A stretch of 63,691 bases of DNA, filler included, from Myxococcota bacterium (GTDB lineage: Bacteria; Myxococcota_C; UBA6777), in the NCBI GenBank assembly GCA_023150835.1. It is 3 parts of 3 records of this genome, joined end to end, with 100 filler letters (N's around TTAATTAATTAA, not from the genome) between each part and the next. Parts side by side here need not be neighbours in the genome. Positions count along the whole stretch, not along the records: positions 48,548 to 63,691 come from JAKLKB010000152.1; 2 more parts are not named here. One strand, written 5' to 3'. The first letter of the stretch is position 1, and each line of letters begins with the position of its first letter. Both the position numbers and the translations under genes were made by a program. The notes under the pieces are model-generated. The model did no database searches and was not told the origin of the DNA. It saw only the letters and a list, made by a program, of their open reading frames with translations. This document shows, one piece after another, positions 48,824 to 58,789 of the stretch.

Positions 48824-49606
48824 TTACGAATCGGAGCGGATCGCGTGTACGAATGCCCGAACATCGGATGCGATATCGTTGCTTTTCTCCAAGACTTGAA
48901 GTAGCGCGCTTCCGAGGATACCTCCGCGCAAAAGAGCGGTGCTATCCTCGAAGGATCGGCGATCATGGATTCCAAAACCCACCATCGTTGGAGAAGACAG
49001 CTTCATCTCGTGGATGCGTTGAAAGTACTGTTTGCGCGAATCATCGACCGCGAGTTTGTTTCCCGTCACGGAAGCGACAGACACCACATACAAAAAGCCC
49101 GTCGCAAGGCCATCAAGCAGACGGATCCGCTCAGGAGGCGTCTGGGGCGTGATCAAGAAAACGCTGCGTAGCCCGTAGTCTGCAAACATCGACTGATATC
49201 GCTCGCGGTATTCATCGATCGGCAGATCGGGCAAGATCAATCCATCGATCCCGACTTCTGCGCACGAAGCACAGAAACGCTCTGGGCCGTATTGCAGCAC
49301 AGGGTTCAAGTAGCCCATCAACAGCACAGGGACACGGATCGCAGGGCGAAGTCCTTGGAGCTGCTCGAAAAGCACAGACAAAGACATCCCATTTTGGAGG
49401 GCGCGTTCGTTGCTGCGCTGGATGATCGGGCCGTCTGCAAGCGGATCAGAAAAAGGAAAACCGAGTTCGATCATCTCGACGCCTGCGTCTTGGAGGGCTT
49501 TACAGACGCGCAAGGTATCGTCAAACTGCGGATAGCCCGCCGTTGTAAACATTGACAAGACTTTTCCTTCGGCCTTCTCGAAAAGATCGCCGATGCGGTT
49601 ACACAA
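48824..49606 (-). CDS. trpA: tryptophan synthase alpha chain
   Basis: TAGYP, ELGFPFSDPLADGPIIQ, MGYLNP, VGFGI; start uncertain (TTG). Confidence 0.93.
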   Translation of the reverse strand: MCNRIGDLFEKAEGKVLSMFTTAGYPQFDDTLRVCKALQDAGVEMIELGFPFSDPLADGPIIQRSNERALQNGMSLSVLFEQLQGLRPAIRVPVLLMGYLNPVLQYGPERFCASCAEVGIDGLILPDLPIDEYRERYQSMFADYGLRSVFLITPQTPPERIRLLDGLATGFLYVVSVASVTGNKLAVDDSRKQYFQRIHEMKLSSPTMVGFGIHDRRSFEDSTALLRGGILGSALLQVLEKSNDIASDVRAFVHAIRSDS

Positions 49607-49617
49607 AGCGTTGGATC

Positions 49618-50811
49618 TCAAAAGCTCATCTCCTTGCGGTGATGCTCGCTGTAAGCGGCCATATCTTTGTCGCCCCGCCCCGAAAGGCACAAGACGACGG
49701 GATCGTCGGGCCCAGCATCGTGTTCGGCCAAATAAGCCAACGCATGGGCGGTTTCGAGGGCAGGGATGATCCCTTCGAGCCGAGCGAGTTCGTGGGCGGC
49801 AGCAAGGGCTTGTTCGTCGGTGACGCTGACATAACGAGCGCGGCCTGTGCGCGCAAGATGTGCGTGTTGTGGCCCCACTCCGGGATAATCGAGACCTGCC
49901 GAGATCGAATGAGCCTCGGTGATCTGACCGTCAGCGGTTTGCATGACGAGCGTACGACTTCCATGTAAGACGCCTTCTCGACCGCGTGCGATCGTGGCGG
50001 CAGTTTCGCCGCTATCGAGTCCTTTTCCTGCCGCTTCAACACCGATCAGCGCAACTTCGGGAGTATCGAGAAATCGTGCAAATGCGCCGATGGCGTTGCT
50101 TCCGCCTCCCACGCAAGCGATGATGCTGTGCGGCAGCGTGTAGGGCGTTTGTGCGGGGAGTTGCCAACGGATCTCTTCGCTGATCACAGATTGAAAGCGC
50201 ATCACCATATCGGGATAAGGATGCGGGCCGACCGCCGAGCCGATGATGTAGTGCGTATCTTCGGGGTTTGCGATCCAATCGCGCATCGCTTCGTTGGCAG
50301 CGTCTTTAAGCACGCGACTTCCCGAATTCACCGCACGAACCGTAGCACCAAGCATCTGCATCCGCTGCACATTCGGGGCTTGGCGGTGCATATCGATCTC
50401 GCCCATATACACGACACATTCGATGCCCATCAAAGCGCAAACTGTGGCGGTCGCCACGCCATGCTGACCTGCACCTGTCTCTGCGATGATACGGCGTTTT
50501 CCGAGACGTTGCGCCAAAAGGATCTGACCAACAGCGTTATTGATCTTGTGTGCGCCTGTGTGGTTGAGATCTTCTCGCTTCAAAAACAGCGGATAGCCGA
50601 GCTTTTTTGACAGGCGACGCGCTGGATAAAGCGGTGTAGGTCGCCCAACATAATCACGTAAAAGCTGATGAAACTCCGCTTGGAACGCAGGTTCCTCGAT
50701 CACCTCACGATAACAGGCTTGCAACGCTGTGATATTGGGCACCAACATCTCAGGGATATATGCGCCGCCAAACGAACCAAAAAATCCCCGTGTATCGACG
50801 TTATAGTTCAC
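49618..50811 (-). CDS. trpB: tryptophan synthase beta chain
   Basis: [37 protein letters not shown]. Confidence 0.97.
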   Translation of the reverse strand: MNYNVDTRGFFGSFGGAYIPEMLVPNITALQACYREVIEEPAFQAEFHQLLRDYVGRPTPLYPARRLSKKLGYPLFLKREDLNHTGAHKINNAVGQILLAQRLGKRRIIAETGAGQHGVATATVCALMGIECVVYMGEIDMHRQAPNVQRMQMLGATVRAVNSGSRVLKDAANEAMRDWIANPEDTHYIIGSAVGPHPYPDMVMRFQSVISEEIRWQLPAQTPYTLPHSIIACVGGGSNAIGAFARFLDTPEVALIGVEAAGKGLDSGETAATIARGREGVLHGSRTLVMQTADGQITEAHSISAGLDYPGVGPQHAHLARTGRARYVSVTDEQALAAAHELARLEGIIPALETAHALAYLAEHDAGPDDPVVLCLSGRGDKDMAAYSEHHRKEMSF

Positions 50812-51457
50812 CACGCACCTCACTGATCACTTCCGCGACCCACGCAACCGATTTCTGCGCGACCGCTGTTTCCAAGCGACTATTGAAATCGACCCCCACC
50901 AGACGCGGATCTCGCGCACGCAACGCAAACACCTCGGATAATGCTTGACGATCCAGTCCTCCCGCCAACAGATACGGCACTTCCAACCGATACTCCGTCA
51001 ACAACGACCAATCAAACCGCCTCCCTGCGCCTCCCAAACCCTGCGTTTGCGTATCAAACAAAAACCGCTCGATCCGACCAACATACGCAGACAATGCCTG
51101 CCACTGCGTATGCTCCGAACTCCCCACCGCTTTCCAGATCCTTGCAGCCTCTCCCCACAGATCTCTCAATCGGCCACAAAATGCCGCATCTTCCACACCG
51201 TGCAACTGCACAACATCCAATCTGTATCGCCTGACTTGTTCCACGATCCAACTCGCTTCTGCATCGACAAAAACCCCGACTCTTCGGGTCTTTTCACCAA
51301 GGCTCTCCAAGCACCGCGGATCAAAGGATGTCCCCACAAAACGCTTGGAGCCTGCATAAAACAAAAAGCCCAAATAATCAGGCCCACACGCCGCAACCTC
51401 CGCGATATTTCGCGGATCACGCATACCACAGATCTTCACTTCCAAGGGGCGCTGCAT
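50801..51457 (-). CDS. trpF: phosphoribosylanthranilate isomerase
   Basis: VKICG, VGVF, QLHG.E, LFD, LAGGL. Confidence 0.93.
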   Translation of the reverse strand: MQRPLEVKICGMRDPRNIAEVAACGPDYLGFLFYAGSKRFVGTSFDPRCLESLGEKTRRVGVFVDAEASWIVEQVRRYRLDVVQLHGVEDAAFCGRLRDLWGEAARIWKAVGSSEHTQWQALSAYVGRIERFLFDTQTQGLGGAGRRFDWSLLTEYRLEVPYLLAGGLDRQALSEVFALRARDPRLVGVDFNSRLETAVAQKSVAWVAEVISEVRGEL

Positions 51458-51492
51458 ACCTTCTCCCGACTATCCGCTTTTTAGAGGACCGA

Positions 51493-51576
51493 TACGAAAT
51501 CCGCAGGGGGGTGATCGAACGGTGTAGGGGCAGCCCCCCCTGCCCAACTATAGGGCGTCTACAGCGGGATTTCGTA
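51493..51576. mobile_element. shortened family A MITE at the trpC stop codon
   Basis: TACGAAATCC...GGATTTCGTA|TTA with internal GTAGGGGCAGCCCC. Confidence 0.75.
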
Positions 51577-52398
51577 TTACGCAGGCACAGCCGAGGCGTG
51601 TTGTTTGGCGATCGCTTGGTATTCTCGGATCAATTGAGCGCAACCTTCTTCGGGTTGGCTGCGCTTCATAAACATCTCGCCGATCAAAAAGCCGTCAAAT
51701 CCGGCCTGTTTGAGTTGCCAAAGATCCTCAGCGCGATGCAGTCCGCTTTCTGAGATCTTGACGCTTTCCGAAGGGATCCGCTCCACCAACGACAGAGAAC
51801 GTTCCAAAGAGACCGAAAAGTCCCGAAGATCGCGGTTATTCACACCGATCACATCGATCGAGGGACTCCAGCAAGCGTCAAGTTCTTCCGCGCTATGGAT
51901 CTCCAACGCCACCTCAAGACCAAGGCGATGTGCAAAGGCCGCAAGCTCCCGCAACACCGAGGGTTCCAACGCCGCAGCGATCAACAAGATCGCATCTGCC
52001 CCCAAGGACCGCGATTCAACGATCTGATAGGGGTCCACGATAAAGTCTTTGCGTAAGATCGGACAAAAGTTGAATCGCCTTGCGACTTGGAGATCTTCGT
52101 TGCTTCCACCGAAGAATTTTTGATCCGTCAGCACCGAAAGCGCCGAAGCGCCCGCTTGCATATAACCGATCGACAACCGCTCCACCGAGATATGCGGATT
52201 GAGCTCGCCTTTAGAAGGAGAACGCCGTTTGATCTCTGCGATCACACCGACCTTATCGGTGCGGCGGAGATAGCGTTTGAGCGAGACGACAGTCGTTGTC
52301 ATGTAGATGCTTTTTTCCAACAAAGGCTGCGGATACAAGGCTTTGCGCTCCGCGACTTCGTGTTTTTTGTGGGCAAGAATGGTCTCCAAGATCGTCAT
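51577..52398 (-). CDS. trpC: indole-3-glycerol phosphate synthase
   Basis: IAEIKRRSPSKG, LSVLTD, LRKDF, GVNNRDL, SESG. Confidence 0.96.
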   Translation of the reverse strand: MTILETILAHKKHEVAERKALYPQPLLEKSIYMTTTVVSLKRYLRRTDKVGVIAEIKRRSPSKGELNPHISVERLSIGYMQAGASALSVLTDQKFFGGSNEDLQVARRFNFCPILRKDFIVDPYQIVESRSLGADAILLIAAALEPSVLRELAAFAHRLGLEVALEIHSAEELDACWSPSIDVIGVNNRDLRDFSVSLERSLSLVERIPSESVKISESGLHRAEDLWQLKQAGFDGFLIGEMFMKRSQPEEGCAQLIREYQAIAKQHASAVPA

Positions 52399-53423
52399 CA
52401 GCCGACGGCCTCCTGTGGGTGGGGAGCTTGCTGTGTGAGATGCAAAAATCGCTCAAAAGTCTGATATGCCTTGCCCGAACGCAAGGCTTCTTGTGCGTGG
52501 GCGATGCCTTCTTGTAGAGAAGCAACGGCTCCAGCGCAATGTAGCGCAAGAGCGGCATTTGCGGCCACCACATCTTCTTGGGCGGGCGTGCCTTCTGCGC
52601 GCAAGATCGCCAAAAACAGCCGCGCAGAAGACGCGATATCCTTTCCACCCCACAGCGCAGCGGCGGGATATCGAGGCAGTCCGATATCTTCGGGTTCAAG
52701 GAATTGTTCGCGTCGGGATCCGTACACCTGAAACGCGCCTGTCAAAGAGATCTCATCGTATCCATCGAGTGAATGAACGACACGATAAGCGATGCCTTCT
52801 TGTTCAAGCAGAGAATGAACGAGCCGAGCGATCTCCAGATCGTACACGCCCATGACTTGGCATCGAGGGCGCGCTGGATTGACCAACGGACCCAACATAT
52901 TGAAAAAGGTTCGAACGCCAAACTCTCGACGTATCGGGGCCATCGCTTTCATCGCAGGGTGAAACAACGGCGCGTGGAGATAACAGATCCCCGCTTCTTC
53001 TACACAACGCCGCAAGACCGACTCTTGCGAGTGAAACACGACGCCCAACGCTTCCAACACATTCGACGAACCGCACACCGAAGAAACACCGACGTTTCCG
53101 TGTTTTGCAACGCGCACCCCACAAGCCGCGACCACAAAGGCCGAGAGCGTCGAGATATTAAACGTCTCTTTGCCATCGCCACCTGTTCCGCACACGTCGA
53201 TCAGATCGAATCCTTCGAGTGAAACGGCTTGACTTAACGAGAGCATGGTGTCTCGAAAGCCTGCCAACTCCGCCAAGGTCATCTGACGCATACAAAAAAC
53301 GGTCAAAAAGCCAGCGACTTGGCTAGACGGATATCGCTGCTGCACGATGGCAAGCAACAGCGCCGCCGCTTCTTCTCGTGACAGCGGATGCCCCGCAAAC
53401 AGTCGTGTCAGGGTGGCTTTCAT
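52398..53423 (-). CDS. trpD: anthranilate phosphoribosyltransferase
   Basis: DVCGTGGDG, FNIST, KHGN, NMLGPL. Confidence 0.96.
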   Translation of the reverse strand: MKATLTRLFAGHPLSREEAAALLLAIVQQRYPSSQVAGFLTVFCMRQMTLAELAGFRDTMLSLSQAVSLEGFDLIDVCGTGGDGKETFNISTLSAFVVAACGVRVAKHGNVGVSSVCGSSNVLEALGVVFHSQESVLRRCVEEAGICYLHAPLFHPAMKAMAPIRREFGVRTFFNMLGPLVNPARPRCQVMGVYDLEIARLVHSLLEQEGIAYRVVHSLDGYDEISLTGAFQVYGSRREQFLEPEDIGLPRYPAAALWGGKDIASSARLFLAILRAEGTPAQEDVVAANAALALHCAGAVASLQEGIAHAQEALRSGKAYQTFERFLHLTQQAPHPQEAVG

Positions 53424-53494
53424 CGCTTCCCGCTCCCTGTGGCTCGCAAGAAAAGTTCGTACAACCAAAACAGCCGTGTGGCGGTGGCTTTCAT
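53420..53494 (-). CDS. 24-aa mini-ORF (duplicated trpD 5' end) coupled to trpG and trpD
   Basis: MKATATRLFWLYELFLRATGSGKR; ATGA overlaps at both ends. Confidence 0.45.
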   Translation of the reverse strand: MKATATRLFWLYELFLRATGSGKR

Positions 53495-54066
53495 TGCGCT
53501 CCCCCCAACCAGTTGGCCAAGATCTTTGTTCCGCAGGGGGTCATCATGGATTCGGGATGAAACTGGATGCCTTTGATATCGAGCTGTCGGTGCGCGATGC
53601 CCATCACGCATCCTTCGGCATCTTCCGCGATCACCTCAAAGCAGTCAGGCAGGGTCGCTCGACGAACGGCCCACGAATGATAGCGCCCTGCTTGAAAAGG
53701 CGATGGGATCCCCGCAAACAACGGCTCCTCCGAGCGCAAGATATGCACAGGCGTTTCGCGGCCATGATACATCTGCCGCATATTGTAGATCTCGCCCCCA
53801 AACACTTCTGCGATCCCTTGGTGGCCAAGACAAACTCCCAAGAGGCTGTGCTGCACACCACAAGCTGCGATCAGCGCAGGCATGATCCCCGCTTCGGAAG
53901 GGATCCCGGGTCCGGGAGAGAGCAAGATCTTCTCGTAAGCAAGGGCTTCTTCGAGACGGATCTTGTCGTTGCGGATCACATCAAGCTCGCGAACACCGAG
54001 TTCTTCAAGAACATGAACAAGGTTGTAGGTGAAAGAGTCGTAGTTATCGAGAACAAGCAACCGCAT
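53491..54066 (-). CDS. trpG: anthranilate synthase component II
   Basis: DNYDSFT, SPGPG, GVCLGHQ, RYHS, QFHPES. Confidence 0.96.
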   Translation of the reverse strand: MRLLVLDNYDSFTYNLVHVLEELGVRELDVIRNDKIRLEEALAYEKILLSPGPGIPSEAGIMPALIAACGVQHSLLGVCLGHQGIAEVFGGEIYNMRQMYHGRETPVHILRSEEPLFAGIPSPFQAGRYHSWAVRRATLPDCFEVIAEDAEGCVMGIAHRQLDIKGIQFHPESMMTPCGTKILANWLGGAQ

Positions 54067-54069
54067 CGC

Positions 54070-55524
54070 TCACCTCTGCGCCCCTTGACGCTCGGCCATC
54101 TGCAATGCAGCGCGCAAAGCACCGAGCTTGTTGTTGACTTCTTGCATCTCTTCGGCGGGCCGAGAGTCTGCGACGACGCCCCCTCCTGCTTGGCAATGCA
54201 ACACCCCGTCCTTGCTCAAAAAAGAGCGGATCACGATCGCGTGATTGCAACTGCCATCAAAGCCCAAGCAGCCGATCGCTCCACCGTACGCCCGCCGTCG
54301 TCCGCGCTCGTACTGATCCAACAACTCCAACGCCCGATACTTAGGCGCTCCGCTCAGCGTTCCCATCGGAAAGGTATCTGCCAACAAACCGATCGCTTCG
54401 GCTCCTTGCTTGAGCGTTCCAGTCACCTTGGAGGTCAGGTGGATCACATGCGAATACCATTGGACCTGCTTGTACACTTCGACATGAACTTGGCGGCAAT
54501 GCTTGCTTAGATCGTTGCGTGCGAGATCGACCAACATCACATGCTCGGCATTTTCTTTGGGGTCTTCGCGCAGACGTGCAACGGCTGCTTGATCGGCCTC
54601 GATATCTCCCGTCCGACGGTACGTTCCAGCGATCGGAAACAGAGACGCTTTTCCATCGCGCACCACAAGCTGCGCTTCGGGAGACGAACCGAGCAACCGA
54701 AATCCACCCAGATCGAAGTAAAACAAATAAGGCGAGGGATTGATCGAGCGCAGCGCTCGATACACATGAAAGTCATCCCCCTGATAAGACCGAGAGAACC
54801 GACGAGAGGGCACGATCTGGAACACATCGCCCCGTTGGATGTGCGTCTGACAACGCTCGACGAGCGCCATGTATTCGGCTTCTGTAAAGTTCGATGATTC
54901 GTCCCCCACCAACGCAAACGGATACATGGGGAAATCTTTGTGTGCCACAAGGTACAACAGCCGCTCTAGTTCGCCTTCTTCGATCGGTGCTTCGGACCAG
55001 CCGTTTCCTTGGATGTACATCACATCGCGATAATGATCGATGGCGATGACGTACCGAAACAAGCGGTACACCAGATCAGGGATCGCTCGGCTTTCGTCTG
55101 TATCGGCTTGTACGCAAAGATCGTCGAAATAGCGCACGCAATCAAAACCAACATAACCGAAGATCCCGTTATTGAGCGGCGGCATCTGCGCTCGATGTGC
55201 AACACCGCTCAGATCGCGCTCCCACGAAAACTGCCCCAAAAAAGCGCGTAAGCCTTCGACCACATCGCTGCGTTGGGTGATGGCTCGCGTCTCCCGCGTC
55301 CCGTCGAGATCGTGGGTGGTAATCGTCTCGTCTTGCACACGAAAGCCCGCAACAGGCGCACAACACAAGTACGTCATGCTCTTTCCATGCGGGCCATCTT
55401 CGGTGCTTTCAAGCAAAAAGGTTCGGGGATACACATCACGCAGCCGTAGATACGCGCTCACAGGCGTTATCGTATCTGCAAGCGCCGACAAGACGCAGGT
55501 TTGAATGACAAAAGCTTTCGTCAC
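54070..55524 (-). CDS. trpE: anthranilate synthase component I
   Basis: FLLES, GDVFQ, NPSPY, GSSPE, EHVMLVDLARND, SGAPK. Confidence 0.96.
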   Translation of the reverse strand: MTKAFVIQTCVLSALADTITPVSAYLRLRDVYPRTFLLESTEDGPHGKSMTYLCCAPVAGFRVQDETITTHDLDGTRETRAITQRSDVVEGLRAFLGQFSWERDLSGVAHRAQMPPLNNGIFGYVGFDCVRYFDDLCVQADTDESRAIPDLVYRLFRYVIAIDHYRDVMYIQGNGWSEAPIEEGELERLLYLVAHKDFPMYPFALVGDESSNFTEAEYMALVERCQTHIQRGDVFQIVPSRRFSRSYQGDDFHVYRALRSINPSPYLFYFDLGGFRLLGSSPEAQLVVRDGKASLFPIAGTYRRTGDIEADQAAVARLREDPKENAEHVMLVDLARNDLSKHCRQVHVEVYKQVQWYSHVIHLTSKVTGTLKQGAEAIGLLADTFPMGTLSGAPKYRALELLDQYERGRRRAYGGAIGCLGFDGSCNHAIVIRSFLSKDGVLHCQAGGGVVADSRPAEEMQEVNNKLGALRAALQMAERQGAQR

Positions 55525-55554
55525 GCTTGGGCCACCTTTCGCGTTGGGGCATCG

Positions 55555-55667
55555 TACGATATCCGAGTCATGTGTGATCGAAGAAGAGTGCGTAGACGCC
55601 CTATTTTTGGGCAGCTCACTGTGGCTGCCCCTGCATTTTTACGATCACACTCTGGGCGAATTTCGTA
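55555..55667. mobile_element. complete family A MITE, 113 bp, upstream of trpE
   Basis: TCG|TACGATATCCG...CGAATTTCGTA|TCA. Confidence 0.8.
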
Positions 55668-55769
55668 TCATCAGCGATCCACACCCACCAAAAAACGGCC
55701 CTTATGGATCATCGTGATCCGTTTGACAAGCCCCCCTCGATTGGCTTCCACCGCTCCTGTGTGGTCTCC

Positions 55770-57281
55770 CTATTTTAGATAACAGACCAAAGCGTGCTCG
55801 ACGACGAGGGCGAGGTGACCGTGTGTTTCGGGGTTGGTGAGGACTTTTTCTTCTGCACGGTGGGTGGGGTAGCCCACGACGAGGCGCACAGCAGGGATCG
55901 GCGAGGCATCCAGCAACGGCACAGACGCTTTGCGTACACCGACGGTCGAACCTGCGAGGGTTTCTTTGGCCGAAGCGTTGGGCAAAAACCCTGCATTTTT
56001 CATAGCCGTTCCAAGGCAGGTCGCGAACTTCTCGGAGGCTTCGGCTTGTTTGTTTTGTTCGGAATAGATCACTTTGTAGCCCGCGATCGAATCGTTGTAA
56101 GTGATCTCTTTGTCGGCGACTTTTTCTTTGACGACACCTGCGGGGAATTCTTTGATGCCATCGGCAAGATCGATCTGCAAGAGCAGCTTCGAGCGTTTTT
56201 TGGCCCGATCGACACGATCCTCGACAGAAGCCGCATCGTCCTTGCTTCGGGTCATGCCCACACGTTTTTTGAAGGCGAGGGTCTTCTCAAGAGCCTCTTT
56301 GATCGCTTGGGCGATCGTCAAGTTGAGTTGGCTTGCGGGGGTTTGTGTGGTGACTCCGAGGACACCTTTGGCTTCGCCGCCGTGATCGGGATCAAGAGCG
56401 ATGCGAAAGCGCTTGTCTTTTGGTTTCCATTTGCGTTTGGGGTAAAGGATGTTGAGGGCTTGGGGGCGCGAAACCGCGACAGCACGGGGCTTGGGAGGCT
56501 CTTTGGGTTTGATGTCGAGTTTTTTGGGAAACCAGCCCGGGATGGTGAGTTCTTTGGGCTCGATCGCCGCTTCTTTTTGCTTGTCGGGCGTGAGCTTTCC
56601 CCATTCTTCTTGGGACTTCAAGCCTTTGGACCACGTTTGGTAGCCATTCATCGAGATCGAGATGCGGATGATCTTGGCGGCGCGGCGCAAAGAAAAGCGG
56701 CGCGGAGTTTTGCCTGAGAGACGATTGATCTTGTTTTCACCGATACCGGGAAGCCCTGTCATATCCGCGATGATCTCAAACTCTGCGCCGTTGGGTTCGG
56801 TTTTGATCTCGACAGAAACCGTGTCGTCAGCGGGTCCACCTGAAAAAAGGTAGTACCCCGCCGCCCCAAGCAACAACACCGCAGCGATCGCGATCCAGAG
56901 ATTGGAACGCTTGGACGCCGAGGCCACGGCGATCTCTTCTTGTCCCAACCCCTCGAATCCATCGATATAAAGGGTGTTTGCGCGTAGCTCGATCGGGCGC
57001 ACCACGATCAATGCGCCTTCTTGGACCTTTTGTGCAGAAAAGGCTTGTTGGCCCATGATCGGCGCTTCTTCGCCCTTGTTTCGGCAAGAATAGCGCCACT
57101 TGAGATCCACTTCTTTTCCTGTATTCGGATCGACGGCGCGAGTCGCGATCTCTTTTTCTGTTCCTTGGAGTTGCTGGACCAGCCGACGAAAGACAGCCTC
57201 GGGTGTTTCATTCATTCCCATCTGGATGCGGTGGTGCATATTGCGCTTTCCCGTCCAGATCTCCCACAAGAATTCTTGCAT
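55770..57281 (-). CDS. membrane protein: N-terminal domain, TM, PEGA-like domain and degenerate Amidase_3 domain
   Basis: IKTEPNGAE..GKTP; IALDPDHGG, MTRSKD, PAVRLVVGY; start uncertain. Confidence 0.75.
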   Translation of the reverse strand: MQEFLWEIWTGKRNMHHRIQMGMNETPEAVFRRLVQQLQGTEKEIATRAVDPNTGKEVDLKWRYSCRNKGEEAPIMGQQAFSAQKVQEGALIVVRPIELRANTLYIDGFEGLGQEEIAVASASKRSNLWIAIAAVLLLGAAGYYLFSGGPADDTVSVEIKTEPNGAEFEIIADMTGLPGIGENKINRLSGKTPRRFSLRRAAKIIRISISMNGYQTWSKGLKSQEEWGKLTPDKQKEAAIEPKELTIPGWFPKKLDIKPKEPPKPRAVAVSRPQALNILYPKRKWKPKDKRFRIALDPDHGGEAKGVLGVTTQTPASQLNLTIAQAIKEALEKTLAFKKRVGMTRSKDDAASVEDRVDRAKKRSKLLLQIDLADGIKEFPAGVVKEKVADKEITYNDSIAGYKVIYSEQNKQAEASEKFATCLGTAMKNAGFLPNASAKETLAGSTVGVRKASVPLLDASPIPAVRLVVGYPTHRAEEKVLTNPETHGHLALVVEHALVCYLK

Positions 57282-57394
57282 GTTTACCTCCATGCGCGAA
57301 AAAACATCAACGTTCGACATCGTTATCGGGCGTTTGTTCTGTATCACAGCCCTCGATCAAGCGCAAAGTCTCGCCTTGGTTTGCGTCGATTGCC

Positions 57395-58789
57395 TCATGG
57401 ATGTTCAAAGCACGACAAGCGCAACTCTGCTTGCCCCAAGGTGATCCAGTCCCCGTCTTGGAGCAGACTGCTGGTGGTCACAGAGCCGTTGACGCGAACA
57501 ACCGCTCCTTCGATGCCTGTGATCGTGATCCATCCGTCTGGGGCGCAATACACTTCGGCATGCAAAGGCAGCACACCCGAGAGATGCAGCGCCAACGAGG
57601 CTTCTTTTTGCGATCCGATCCGCAAGCGTTCTCCGCGCAACAGCCACGCGACTTCGCGTGATTGTTCGCCTTCTTGCAGCAACAAAACCCCCAACGGCTG
57701 CTCTTGAGCCGCGATGACTTCGGCATCTGTCGCCACTTGGCTTTCGGGTGCGTAGGGGCTGGCAACAGAGCTTGCAGCCAGCGCCAACCACTTCGATATA
57801 TCGGGCAATTCGGTCATGGTGGCATTAAAATCATCGGGGGTTAAGATCTGCCTGCTTTCCCACAGACGCTCGCGCACATCCCCCAACGAAGCGGGCCGAT
57901 CGAAGGTATCTTTGGCCATCATCTGCTGCAACAAGTCTTCGAGGGTCGTTCCGCTGAGTTCTCGGCGGAACTTGCGCAACAACGGGGGAGCGGCTGTCAG
58001 GTGCGCTCCCATGATCATGTAAGGGTTATCGCCTGCAAAGGGCAACGTCCCCGTGACCAACTGAAAGATAATGATCCCCAAAGCGTAGATATCGGTCGCT
58101 GGCCCCACCGAAGAAGCAGGGCCACGTATCTGCTCAGGGGCCATATACAACGGCGTCCCCACCGAGATGCCGTGCAGCGTCAGCTTTCCCCCGACTTCTT
58201 CTTCCAAGAGCTTTCCGATGCCAAAGTCAAAGACTTTGATCACTTCCTTGCCATCGGCTTGTTGCTCCAAAAAGATATTTGCGGGTTTGAGATCGCGGTG
58301 GACGATCCCGCACAAGTGCGCGGATTCAAGGCCCGCACAAACTTGTAAGGCGATATCCAGCGATTGCTTGAGCGGTAGCCTTCCGCCGCGATCACGCATA
58401 TACGATTCCAGTTCTTCGCCTTGCAAAAGCTCCGTCGCAAGGTAAAAATGCACACGAGGATCAAAACCAAAATCAAAAAACTCGACGAGATTGGGATGAT
58501 GCAAGCGGTTGGAGATCACGGCTTCACGGATGAAACGCCCCACATCTTGTCGTCGTCCACGCAGCTCGTGGCGCATGACCTTAAACGCCGCAGAACGGCC
58601 ATCGTGGAGCCTTTCGGCACGATAGATCAGCCCCATTCCTCCTTCGGCCAGCAAAGACAGCACCCGAAAGCCCGCGATCTCCTCTCCCTCTAGGAGCCGT
58701 GTGCTTTCTTCGCTGTCGATGTTCCCCGTCTTCGCCTCGTCGTTCACGATCATCGAACTCCCCTCACCGTCGGTGAACTCTTGGATCAA
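57395..58789 (-). CDS. Ser/Thr kinase with C-terminal FHA-like domain
   Basis: HRDLKPAN, DFG, YMAPEQ; RIGS..HA..VRVNG..LQDGDWITLG. Confidence 0.9.
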   Translation of the reverse strand: MIQEFTDGEGSSMIVNDEAKTGNIDSEESTRLLEGEEIAGFRVLSLLAEGGMGLIYRAERLHDGRSAAFKVMRHELRGRRQDVGRFIREAVISNRLHHPNLVEFFDFGFDPRVHFYLATELLQGEELESYMRDRGGRLPLKQSLDIALQVCAGLESAHLCGIVHRDLKPANIFLEQQADGKEVIKVFDFGIGKLLEEEVGGKLTLHGISVGTPLYMAPEQIRGPASSVGPATDIYALGIIIFQLVTGTLPFAGDNPYMIMGAHLTAAPPLLRKFRRELSGTTLEDLLQQMMAKDTFDRPASLGDVRERLWESRQILTPDDFNATMTELPDISKWLALAASSVASPYAPESQVATDAEVIAAQEQPLGVLLLQEGEQSREVAWLLRGERLRIGSQKEASLALHLSGVLPLHAEVYCAPDGWITITGIEGAVVRVNGSVTTSSLLQDGDWITLGQAELRLSCFEHP

